Shown in pieces: positions 43,097-54,010 of a DNA stretch of 64,000 bases. Both the position numbers and the translations under genes were made by a program. Origin of the DNA: Gemmatimonadales bacterium (GTDB taxonomy: Bacteria; Gemmatimonadota; Gemmatimonadetes; Gemmatimonadales; GWC2-71-9); assembly GCA_036559745.1 (NCBI GenBank), contig DATBSO010000071.1, positions 8,331 to 72,330 on the forward strand, in the 5' to 3' direction. Below the pieces are notes generated by a model. It was not told where the DNA came from. It saw only the letters and a list, made by a program, of their open reading frames with translations, and did not search any database. Numbering within the stretch: position 1 is the first letter of the stretch; every line of letters starts with the position of its first letter.

Positions 43097-44173
43097 TCAT
43101 TGAGGTGCAGCCTCCGGGGGAACCATGAATCTGAGGAGATGGGCGCCGTCGCGTGACGGGGCCGCAACGAGGACCGTCCCATCCCCGATGGCCACGATCC
43201 GTCCCCGTCCCGGCACATGGATTTCCCGCCGCAGCCGTCCCAGGGTATCCACCACATGGTATCGCCGCGTCGAATCGATCGGCGCGCGACTCTTCTCGAG
43301 CCAGACCTCGCCGTGCGGTGCGGTGAAGCCCGCCTCGAACGGCGGCTTGACGGCGGCAAAGGGAAGCTGCTCGGCGGTGCTTCGAAGCTCCGGCGGATAG
43401 TTGCGGAGAAACATCTCCCGGTCGTAGCGCGTCACCTCGAGGACCCTGTCGGGAAGTGGTTCCCCGCGAAGCCAGTTGCCTCCGGGATCGCGCCAGAGCA
43501 CGCGGTTCTCGTAGACCCGGGCGACCCAGACCGCTCCATCTGGCACGATGCCCCAGCGATCGGCTCCGCTGAAGACCCTCCGCTCGAATCGGCGCCCCGC
43601 GTCACCCACCACTTCGGCCAGGTCGAGCGGGGCCAGTCGCGCGACCGTGTCCGCCTTGTCCGCACCGGGTCCCGCACGCACCACCACCGACGAGTCCCGG
43701 TTGCCTTGCCCGTCCGCGCCCGGTCGAGGCGCGATCTCGTAGTAGAAACGTCCCGAGTCATCGCGGGCGCGTGGAAGGACCCCGCGCAACTTGTCCGATG
43801 CGGGCATCGCGCCGGCCGCCCGGCCCTCGAGCGTCCAGAGCGTGGTTCGGCGGAGGCCCCAGTCGTTGACGAATAGCGTATCGCCGGCCCGGAACAGACC
43901 CGCGGCGTTGCGGATCTCCTCGGCGCCGCGCCCACCCAATCGCTCGACCTTGTGTGACGCGAGGTCGGCAATGGCCGCGGCGTCGTCGCCAGGTGTCAGA
44001 ACAGCCCAGCGATCGCCCCCGAGCCACGCGGCTTCGGACACGTCGCGGAACGATGTGATCAGGCTGTCGGTCGGCGCCCCCAGCCGAACGACGGGGGCGG
44101 CCGGTTTTGGCCCTCCGCACCCCGGCAGCGCGAGGAGCGCCACCGCGAGCGCGGGGGACAGGCGGGCGAGCAT
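43097..44173 (-). CDS. hypothetical lipoprotein, tandem paralog B
   Basis: MLARLSPALAVALLALPGCGG is a lipobox signal. It shares ENRVLWRDPGGNW, KPPFEA and GEVWLE motifs with 41950-43053. Confidence 0.6.
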   Translation of the reverse strand: MLARLSPALAVALLALPGCGGPKPAAPVVRLGAPTDSLITSFRDVSEAAWLGGDRWAVLTPGDDAAAIADLASHKVERLGGRGAEEIRNAAGLFRAGDTLFVNDWGLRRTTLWTLEGRAAGAMPASDKLRGVLPRARDDSGRFYYEIAPRPGADGQGNRDSSVVVRAGPGADKADTVARLAPLDLAEVVGDAGRRFERRVFSGADRWGIVPDGAVWVARVYENRVLWRDPGGNWLRGEPLPDRVLEVTRYDREMFLRNYPPELRSTAEQLPFAAVKPPFEAGFTAPHGEVWLEKSRAPIDSTRRYHVVDTLGRLRREIHVPGRGRIVAIGDGTVLVAAPSRDGAHLLRFMVPPEAAPQ

Positions 44174-44213
44174 GGCGGGTAATGTAACCGCGGGTGGCCC
44201 CGCGGCGATCAGG

Positions 44214-44972
44214 TCAGCGAAGCAGCTCCTCGAACAGCGCCAGCGCCCTCGGGTCTTCGCTTTGCCCGAGCCAGAAGATCGCCGACTTGCGGAGCTCGCC
44301 GTTGGGGTTCGAGCGGGCGATGTGGATGAGGACCGGGACGCCCTCTATCTCGGGGCGCTGCGACAAGGCGAACACGGCCTGCTTGCGCACCTCGATTTCC
44401 CCGGTGTCGTCGCCAGCGATCGAGTCGAGCCCACGGGTGGCGGCCACACCTGCAGCCTGGCCCAGCCAGAACACGGCGTGCTTCCGAGTTTCGATCGGCA
44501 CCGTGGTCCGGTGCGCCAGGGCGATGAGTCTCGGCCAGATGACGGTGCTATCGGCCAGCGTGGCGGCCGTGATCAAGGCCTCGCCGTCCGTCGCGCGCTC
44601 GGCCAGCACCAGGAGATCGTTTGCCGTCTTCCCGGCCGGAAGGGTGCCGAGGTCGGTGACGGTGCTGGTGGCCTGACGCCAGCGGCCGCCGACGTAGGTG
44701 TGGGCATCGCTCACGACACCGTTCGTCACCCGCAGCGACAGTCGCACCGGACCGCGCTCGCATCCCCCTTCCCATTCGTCATCGTCGTCCACGATCGAGA
44801 TGCTGTTGGCGCCGTTGCCGCACACACCCGGGCGCGCGGCGAAGCTCAGCCGGAATTGCCCGTCGCGTGAAGTGGTCACCCGCTGCGCCAGATCCTGAGC
44901 CGTCAGGGCCGCCGGCAACGCCAGCAGCACCGCCGCGAACCGTATCGCACCATGCATGGGAGTCGTCCTCAT
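44214..44972 (-). CDS. secreted HEAT-repeat protein (short)
   Basis: The signal is MRTTPMHGAIRFAAVLLALPAALTAQD. Three units of the (R/K)K-x-A(V/I)FWLGQ repeat are present. ATGA overlap with the upstream gene. Confidence 0.65.
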   Translation of the reverse strand: MRTTPMHGAIRFAAVLLALPAALTAQDLAQRVTTSRDGQFRLSFAARPGVCGNGANSISIVDDDDEWEGGCERGPVRLSLRVTNGVVSDAHTYVGGRWRQATSTVTDLGTLPAGKTANDLLVLAERATDGEALITAATLADSTVIWPRLIALAHRTTVPIETRKHAVFWLGQAAGVAATRGLDSIAGDDTGEIEVRKQAVFALSQRPEIEGVPVLIHIARSNPNGELRKSAIFWLGQSEDPRALALFEELLR

Positions 44973-46465
44973 GGCTGCTCGATCATGTCTTGGAGCGCCT
45001 TCGCCGCGCGCGGATCGTCGCTCTGCCCGAGCCAGAAGATGGCCTTCTTCCGGAGCTCGGTGTCGGGGTCGGTCTTCGCGACCTCAAGCAGTTTGTCCAC
45101 GGCAGCGGGCTCGTCCCGCTGGGAATAGACGAAGATGAGTTGCTCGCGCATCTCGCGGCCGGGCATCGTCGGGTACAGGGCGAGAAGATCGGCGAGCGGG
45201 GCGTCCGACTGGCCGGCCCAGAAGAGCGCCTTCTTGCGGAGCTCGATCGGCTGGGCGCCATCCTTCGCAACGCCCAGAATCCACCGCGCGTTGTCCGGCC
45301 CGTCAGACTGCGAGAGCGAGGAGAGCACCTTCTCCCGCAGGTTCTCTTCCTTGAGCTTGCCGTAGAGCGAGCGCAGGAACGCGTCGTTGTCTTTCCCACC
45401 CTGCTGTCCGATCCAGAAGATGACCTTCTCTCGGAGGTTCTCGGACAGATCGGGCCGCTCGGCGTACGTTCGCAGCGCCTGCTGGGCACGGGGACTGTCA
45501 ACCTGCGAGAGCGCGAAGACGGCCTTCTCCTGCAGCGCCTGATCCTTAGAGGTCCGGAGGATCGAATCGAGCGCGCTCACGGCCTTCTCGGTGCCGACCT
45601 GGGAGAGCCAGAACACCGACTGCTCTCGGACCTCGTGGTCGGGATCGTTGCGGGCCGCCCCGAGCAGGATGTCCTCTACGCCGGGGGTATCCTGCTGAGA
45701 GATGATGAATACAGCCTGCCGCCGGAGACACACCGACTTGGGATCCCGCCGCGCGAGGACCTTCTGCAGGATCGGTCGCGCGCGGGCCTCATCCATCTGC
45801 TGGATTGCATTGAGGACCGCAGATCCGGTGTCGTCATCGTCATCGCATCCACGACCGCTGGGGGGTGTCGGCGGAGTGGGTGGCGTTGGCGGAGTCGGCC
45901 CCACGGGTGGAGTCGGCGGCGTCCGAGGGGTCACGCTCACCGGCGGTGTAGGCGGCGTCGGCGGAGTGGGCGGCGTCGCGACGGTTTGCGCCACCGAGTC
46001 GAGGTATGCCCTCATCGCCGGATCGCCGCGGCGGGCCAGTTCTCCCTGGATCCGCCGTTCGAGTGCTGCCGCGTCTCCCCGCGTCGCCGCCTGCGAAAAA
46101 CGCTGGCGCTGCGTGTCGAGCGACTGCAATGCCTCACGCAACTGTGGCGTGCTCCCGAGCCGGTAGAGCGCGAAGGCGCGCCAGTAGTACGAGTCCGCGA
46201 CGTACCCCGATTTCGGAAACTTGGCCGCCACTTCCGCGAACAGATCGGCCGCACGGCGATAGTCACGCTGGTTGAGCGCCTCCCGCGCGGCCTGGTACAG
46301 CGAGTCACCGGGATCGCCCGGGAGCCACGCGGCCCGCGCCGTCGAGTCGTCTCCGGCGACGCTCGCTTCAGCTCTCGGCCCCGGTGTCTGCAGCACCGGC
46401 GTCCACCAACCACCGACGCCCAGCGCCGTGGCGACCAGCATTCCGAATGGCATCCGGGACATCAC
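44969..46465 (-). CDS. secreted protein: TPR-like N-terminus, Pro/Thr linker, about 8 HEAT-like repeats
   Basis: The linker is TPPTPPTPPTPPVSVTPRTPPTPPVGPTPPTPPTPPTPP. The repeating unit is ..EKA(V/I)F(W/A)(L/I)(G/S)Q.. about every 30-37 aa. The start is GTG at 46465 or ATG at 46462, overlapping the anti-sigma stop. Confidence 0.65.
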   Translation of the reverse strand: MMSRMPFGMLVATALGVGGWWTPVLQTPGPRAEASVAGDDSTARAAWLPGDPGDSLYQAAREALNQRDYRRAADLFAEVAAKFPKSGYVADSYYWRAFALYRLGSTPQLREALQSLDTQRQRFSQAATRGDAAALERRIQGELARRGDPAMRAYLDSVAQTVATPPTPPTPPTPPVSVTPRTPPTPPVGPTPPTPPTPPTPPSGRGCDDDDDTGSAVLNAIQQMDEARARPILQKVLARRDPKSVCLRRQAVFIISQQDTPGVEDILLGAARNDPDHEVREQSVFWLSQVGTEKAVSALDSILRTSKDQALQEKAVFALSQVDSPRAQQALRTYAERPDLSENLREKVIFWIGQQGGKDNDAFLRSLYGKLKEENLREKVLSSLSQSDGPDNARWILGVAKDGAQPIELRKKALFWAGQSDAPLADLLALYPTMPGREMREQLIFVYSQRDEPAAVDKLLEVAKTDPDTELRKKAIFWLGQSDDPRAAKALQDMIEQP

Positions 46466-47097
46466 AAAGCTCCTTGCGTTGGGGACGTACCCGCGGGCAC
46501 GGCGGTCCGAAGACGCGGCAGCACACTGCCTCGCTCGATGCCCTTCTTGATCAGATCCAGATCCTGCGCCCTCGGTTCGGGCGAGAGCTGCGCGATCTCG
46601 GCCAGCACCAGCTCGAGGTCTTCCAGCAGCAGGCGAACCTTGCGGTCGTTCGCCGCCGGCGAGTCCAGCAGCAGCCGGTTGCTCGCCAGGAGCTCGCGGG
46701 CGGTCGCGGAAGCCAGGCGCTCGTTGCCGCCGGTCCGGGTCGATGCCCGGAAGAGCGTGAGGAACGTCTCGGCCTGGCTCAGATGGTCGATCGCTGTGAG
46801 ACGATAGGCCGTCGCGTTCACGGTTCGCGGGCTCCAGTCAGTCGCCACCGTCGGCCCGTCGTGCCTCACCGTCAGTCGCCCGATGCCCACACCCAGCAGA
46901 AGCACCGCGGCTGCGGCGGCGATCCAGACGAGCGGGCGCCGGGTGGCCGCCCACGGGCGCCGGTACCACCGGCGTTGCGCCGCGATCGCCGCCCACATCG
47001 CCTCGCGCGGGGGCTCGGGCGGCCGATTGTAGTCCTGGGCCACCGATCGCACCAGCTCGTCCATTCGATCGTCGTCTCGGTCGTGGTTGTCGCTCAT
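46462..47097 (-). CDS. putative anti-sigma factor (single-pass membrane protein)
   Basis: It lies immediately downstream of the ECF sigma gene. A cytoplasmic acidic N-terminus is followed by one TM helix (LVWIAAAAAVLLLGVGIG). The ATG at 47097 is preceded by AGAGGGA. The call rests on position and architecture only. Confidence 0.5.
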   Translation of the reverse strand: MSDNHDRDDDRMDELVRSVAQDYNRPPEPPREAMWAAIAAQRRWYRRPWAATRRPLVWIAAAAAVLLLGVGIGRLTVRHDGPTVATDWSPRTVNATAYRLTAIDHLSQAETFLTLFRASTRTGGNERLASATARELLASNRLLLDSPAANDRKVRLLLEDLELVLAEIAQLSPEPRAQDLDLIKKGIERGSVLPRLRTAVPAGTSPTQGAL

Positions 47098-47128
47098 CCG
47101 TCCCTCTGAGTCCTCTGCGCCTTCTGCG

Positions 47129-47770
47129 TCATTCCCTGGCGAAGTCGGCCAGTGCTTCACGAAGCTTGGCTCTGGCGCGAAAGAGCTGGGCCTTGGAGGT
47201 CCCGGCCTGCACGCCGAGCGCGCCGGCGATCTCCTCGTGGGTGTAGCCCTCCACGTCGTGCATCACGAACACCGTCCGATATCCCTCCGGCAGATCATCG
47301 ATCGCCTGCGTCAGGCGCTCCTTCAGGTCCGGCTCCGCCTCTCGTGGCGTGATTCCGATGACCGGCGCGTCGTCCAACGTCACTTCCCGCTCTTTCGATC
47401 GCTTCGTTTTTCGGAGCCCGTTCAGCGTGATCGAGATCGCGATCGAGCAGAGCCAGGTGGACAGCGCCGACTCGAACCGGAACTCGCCCAGCCGCTGGAA
47501 CGCCCGGATGAAGGTCTCCTGGACGTAGTCCTGCGCGCGGTCCAGGTCCCCGGCCATCCGATAGGCGAGACGGAACACCCGACCCACGTGCGCGTCGTAC
47601 AGTGCGCGCTCGGCGCTGGGATCCCCTGCCAACACTCTGCCGATCAGCTCTCGGTCGTCCACAGGCTCCAGCGCGTGAGGGTCGTGGGCGGTGACTGGTC
47701 CTCTGACACGCCACCCCCGGAAAGGGTTGGCCGGGCTGGTCCGAGCAACCCTTTGGGCCGCTCCGCGCAT
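47129..47770 (-). CDS. ECF-type RNA polymerase sigma-70 family factor
   Basis: Region 2 is ...LYDAHVGRVFRLAYRMAGDLDRAQDYVQETFIRAF. Region 4 is LPEGYRTVFVMHDVEGYTHEEIAGALGVQAGTSKAQLFRARAKLR. The start is uncertain: I chose the ATG at 47770, and the track start at 47941 runs through an AT-richer, non-coding-looking stretch. Confidence 0.85.
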   Translation of the reverse strand: MRGAAQRVARTSPANPFRGWRVRGPVTAHDPHALEPVDDRELIGRVLAGDPSAERALYDAHVGRVFRLAYRMAGDLDRAQDYVQETFIRAFQRLGEFRFESALSTWLCSIAISITLNGLRKTKRSKEREVTLDDAPVIGITPREAEPDLKERLTQAIDDLPEGYRTVFVMHDVEGYTHEEIAGALGVQAGTSKAQLFRARAKLREALADFARE

Positions 47771-48069
47771 CTCAGCAAACGTTGCAGGGCGTTGAGCTCC
47801 GAGACAACCGTTGACCCAGCGAGGCGGGAAATGGTCCAGATCAGAAGCAGGGATCCAGTGATGGTATATGAACTTATCGACGGAGGGGGACAGCCGATCG
47901 GTGAGGTCAGAGCCCCAGACGGGGAGCCTTTGATGGGCCATGGTGAAGGCACGGTCTACCTGCGGCGTGAGACGTACCGGGGGACTGGCCGGGACTGAAA
48001 CGTTTCGCGATCGTTCGTGGTAGTACGGGGAGTCGCGCCGATTCTCCCATCTGCCTACAGGACGGTGCC

Positions 48070-49764
48070 ATGCGCCCCGCTTTCGCCCGGCTGTTCGCTC
48101 TTACCCTTTTGCCGGTCGTCGGGGCGTGCGGAGGATCCGGCACAACGGGAGCTCCTTCCGGCCCCTCCCCACGGTCGGCAACCACCGCCGAGATCACACC
48201 AGCCGATCTCAAGATCCGTGAATCCATATTCTCTGATGACTCGATGCTCGGCCGCCGGGCCGGGACCGCGGGAAATGTCCGCGGCAACGCGTACATCGTC
48301 AGCGAGCTCACGCGGCTCGGTGTGAAGCCAGGTGGGGACGCAGGTGGGTTCCTGCAGGCGGTACCGATGGTGAGCTACGCCGTGGATACCGCGAAATCGA
48401 AGCTCGGCAGCGGCTCCGCGACGCTTTCCGCTTTTCGGGAGTATTACCCCTACCAGGATTCGTTCGACGCTCCGGCCCGCCCCATCAATGGGGCGCAGGT
48501 AGTCTACATCGGCTCGGCGGCGGACTCGGCCTCGCTCCCGGAGCGCGAGGCACTGCGGGACAAGGTCGTCGTGTTCCGGAGCCAGCCCAACGGCACCTCG
48601 CTCGGCGGCCCCGATCTCGGGCCTAAGGGACGTCTCGGTCTCGTCGCGGGGATCGTATTCACCGACATGGACCCGCTCATCGAGACGTACAGCGACTACT
48701 TCCGCGCGCCCAAGCTGATCGTGAAGCATGCATCGGCCGCGCCGGCCGGCGTAACCCAGCCGCGTCTGCTGTTCGTCAGAACCGACGCCATCCCCCTCCT
48801 GTTCGGCAAACCGCTCGACCAGCTCCGCCCCGGCGATAGTGGCACCGCCCTCAAGGGCGACGTCGCCTTTGCGCCGACCGAGCTGGCCGCCAGCAACGTC
48901 GTGGGCATCGTCGAGGGGTCCGATCCCGCCCTCCGCGGAGAGTACGTCGCTCTTGGGGCGCACAACGACGCCATCGGCATCGTGTCTCCGGTGGACCATG
49001 ATTCGCTGCGCGCGTACAACACGGTGGTGCGGCCGCGTGGCGCGAACGACCCGGTTGCCGAGCCCACACCCGAACAGTGGAGCCGCATCAAGGCGATCAT
49101 CGACAGCATGCGTCGGCTCCGTCCGGCCCGCGTCGATTCGATCGTCAACGGCGCTGATGACGACGGATCGGGCTCCATGGGGTTGCTCGAGGTCGCCGAG
49201 GCGATGAGCAGGAGCGCGGCGAAGCCAAAGCGATCGCTGCTCTTCGTCTGGCACACCGGGGAAGAATCGGGCCTCCAGGGCAGCCGGTGGTTCACCGATC
49301 ACCCGACCGTTCCGCGCGACTCGATCGTAGGTCAGATCAACATCGACATGATCGCGCGCGGAGGTCCCGGTGACGAGGCGAAAGGCGGCCCGGGCTACGT
49401 TCAGGCCATCGGCTCACGCCGGCTGTCCACCGAGCTCGGGGATCTGGCGGAAAAGGTGAACACCGAGGGGAAGCATGGCCTGGAGTTCGACTACACGTAC
49501 GATGCGGATGGGCACCCGGACAACTTCTACTGCCGCAGCGACCACTACATGTACGCGCGGTACGGGATTCCTATCGCCTTCTTCAGCACCGGCGGCCATC
49601 GCGACTACCACCAGGTGACCGACGAGGCCCAGTACCTCGACTTCGAGAAGTTCGCCCGGGTCACCGGGTTCGTCGCCGACCTCGCCACCCAGGTGGCGAA
49701 TCTCGACCACCGGCTGGTCGTGGACAAGCCGAAGCCGGACCCCGAGGCGCCGTGTAAGCAGTAA
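48070..49764 (+). CDS. M28-family metallopeptidase (aminopeptidase), lipoprotein
   Basis: MRPAFARLFALTLLPVVGACGG is a lipobox signal. GADDDGSGSMGLLEVAEA and HTGEESGLQGSRWF are M28 zinc-ligand regions. Confidence 0.85.
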   Translation: MRPAFARLFALTLLPVVGACGGSGTTGAPSGPSPRSATTAEITPADLKIRESIFSDDSMLGRRAGTAGNVRGNAYIVSELTRLGVKPGGDAGGFLQAVPMVSYAVDTAKSKLGSGSATLSAFREYYPYQDSFDAPARPINGAQVVYIGSAADSASLPEREALRDKVVVFRSQPNGTSLGGPDLGPKGRLGLVAGIVFTDMDPLIETYSDYFRAPKLIVKHASAAPAGVTQPRLLFVRTDAIPLLFGKPLDQLRPGDSGTALKGDVAFAPTELAASNVVGIVEGSDPALRGEYVALGAHNDAIGIVSPVDHDSLRAYNTVVRPRGANDPVAEPTPEQWSRIKAIIDSMRRLRPARVDSIVNGADDDGSGSMGLLEVAEAMSRSAAKPKRSLLFVWHTGEESGLQGSRWFTDHPTVPRDSIVGQINIDMIARGGPGDEAKGGPGYVQAIGSRRLSTELGDLAEKVNTEGKHGLEFDYTYDADGHPDNFYCRSDHYMYARYGIPIAFFSTGGHRDYHQVTDEAQYLDFEKFARVTGFVADLATQVANLDHRLVVDKPKPDPEAPCKQ

Positions 49765-49854
49765 AAGGTCGGAAAAGACGGAAAGGTCGGAAAAGACGGA
49801 AGGGTGGGGTGGTCCTTTCCGTCTTCTCCGTCTTTTCCGCCTTCTCCGTCCTTT
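49764..49854 (+). terminator. 91-nt extended hairpin built from a perfect 18-nt tandem repeat and its inverted copy, starting at the peptidase stop codon
   Basis: AAAGGTCGGAAAAGACGG occurs twice in tandem (49764-49781 and 49782-49799). The loop is 49805-49813. The right arm cctttccgtcttctccgtcttttccgccttctccgtccttt pairs over about 45 positions with roughly 7 mismatches (hand-paired). A pyrimidine/T-rich tract follows. Confidence 0.55.
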
Positions 49855-49907
49855 CTTTTCTCCCCCCGACTTGCCACGTTTCTCCGACCAGACTTCACGG
49901 AGATCGT

Positions 49908-50420
49908 ATGTCGTTCCGGCCCCGTCTCGCCTTCGGCGCGGCCCTGCTTTGCGCACTCGCGGTCCCGCTCCACGCCCAGGGTCAAGGCACAAGGCTCAGC
50001 CCGGCGGAGCGCCAGGAATTGATGAGCCATCGGCTCACGATGGACAACGTCAAGAAGATGGTCGACGCCTCGGGGAAGCTGAGCGAGCTGTCACAGAAGG
50101 ACCCCAAGCTCGGGGACGTGCGTGAAGGCGAGGAGGCAAAAAGCCTTTCGGAGCTCGTCACCAAGATGGAAGCGCTGCCGCCGGTCAAGGCGGCAATCGC
50201 GAGCAGCGGGATGACGACCCGGGACTACGTCCTCACCATGTTCGAGCTCCAGATGGTTCATTCCGCGGTCGCGCTGAGGCAAATGGGGGGCGATGCGGCG
50301 AAGGGTGCAGAGAAGCTTCCGGTGTCGGCGGAGAACGTGCAGTTCTTCACGACCCACCGCACCGAGCTCGACCCGCTCCTGAAGTCCATGGAATCCGACG
50401 GCAGCAAGGGGGGCGAGTAG
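49908..50420 (+). CDS. secreted hypothetical protein
   Basis: The ATG at 49908 is preceded by GGAG. The signal is MSFRPRLAFGAALLCALAVPLHAQG. The upstream part of the track ORF lies inside the hairpin and was discarded. Confidence 0.55.
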   Translation: MSFRPRLAFGAALLCALAVPLHAQGQGTRLSPAERQELMSHRLTMDNVKKMVDASGKLSELSQKDPKLGDVREGEEAKSLSELVTKMEALPPVKAAIASSGMTTRDYVLTMFELQMVHSAVALRQMGGDAAKGAEKLPVSAENVQFFTTHRTELDPLLKSMESDGSKGGE

Positions 50421-50546
50421 ACTAAGCAGTTGTTCTCCAACAATTTGTAGCCCGCCTTCAGGCTTGTCCCGGGGACCCCGATCCGGGTATTTTTCAGGGG
50501 TTCCCGGCAGCTTCCTGCCACCGTTTCTCGCCTCAGACCGACGCCC

Positions 50547-53038
<2,492 letters not shown>

Positions 53039-53042
<4 letters not shown>

Positions 53043-54010
53043 CCGTGGCGGCCGCGCCGCCGGTCGGCATCGACGCGCTCCGGTCCGCGGCCCAGGTGCT
53101 CGAAGGCGTGGCCGTCCGCACGCCGCTGGTCGAGGTTCCGGGGTTGTCGGAGCGACTGGGTTGGCCGGTGCTGCTCAAGTGCGAGCAGCTCCAGCCCATC
53201 GGTGCCTTCAAGATCCGCGGCGCATACAACGCGATATCGCGTGTGGCGGCGCAGGGCCGCGTCACAGGCGTCGTTACTCAATCAAGTGGAAACCACGGCC
53301 AGGCCGTGGCCTTCGCTGCGCGCGCGTTCGGGCTCCGGGCCGTGATCGTCATGCCGGGGTCGGCGCCCCGCATCAAGGTCGAGGGCATCCGGCGCCATGG
53401 CGGCGAGGTCGTCTTCGCCGGCGCGACCCGGAGCGCCGAGCAGCTCCAGCGAGCCGAGGAGATCGCCGCCCGGGATGGCCTCGAGATGGTGCCCCCATTC
53501 GAGCACCCCGACGTCGTGGCCGGTCAGGGAACCTGCGGGCTCGAGATCCTCGATCAGCGTCCAGACGTCGACACCATTCTGGTCCCCGTCGGTGGCGGCG
53601 GGCTGATCGCCGGAATCTCGGTCGCCGTCCGGGCCCTTCGGCCCTCGACCCATCTCATTGGCGTCGAGCCGGCCGGAGCGGCCAAGCTTGGCGCCGCGCT
53701 GGCGGCCGGAGAGCCGACAATGCTGGACAGCACCGGCAGCGTCGCCGACGGACTATTGCCCCGATCGGTTGGACGCCTGACCTTTTCGATTCTCCGGCAG
53801 GTGGTGCGCGAGGCGGTGCAGGTGAGCGACGACGAGATTCGAGGCGCGGTGCGTTTCCTCTATCGAGAGGCCAACCTGTCGGTCGAGCCGTCGGGCGCGG
53901 TCGGTGTCGCCGCCCTTCTTGCGGGGCGAGTGCGCGCTCAGGGACCCGCCGTCATCGTGGTGAGTGGCGGTAACGTGGACCCCGATATCCTTGCGGGCCT
54001 GGTGCGCTGA
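53039..54010 (+). CDS. PLP-dependent threonine/serine dehydratase family (IlvA/serine racemase-like, no ACT domain)
   Basis: PLP-lysine region is [27 protein letters not shown] and GGGGLIAG are also present. The GTG start overlaps the gyrA stop (GTGA). Confidence 0.85.

Noticed and set aside
45855-45985. Degenerate short DNA repeats as a possible CRISPR or VNTR locus
   Set aside because: They lie inside a coding region and encode the Pro/Thr linker. There is no repeat-spacer architecture, and no cas genes are in the window.
44867-46807. 646-aa plus-strand ORF
   Set aside because: It is antisense to the HEAT-repeat and anti-sigma genes. The HEAT genes show a clear periodic repeat and signal peptides, and this frame does not.
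50468-50496. CCCGG-N10-CCGGG followed by TATTTTT as an intrinsic terminator upstream of gyrA
   Set aside because: The stem is only 5 bp with a 10-nt loop. That is too weak to call.
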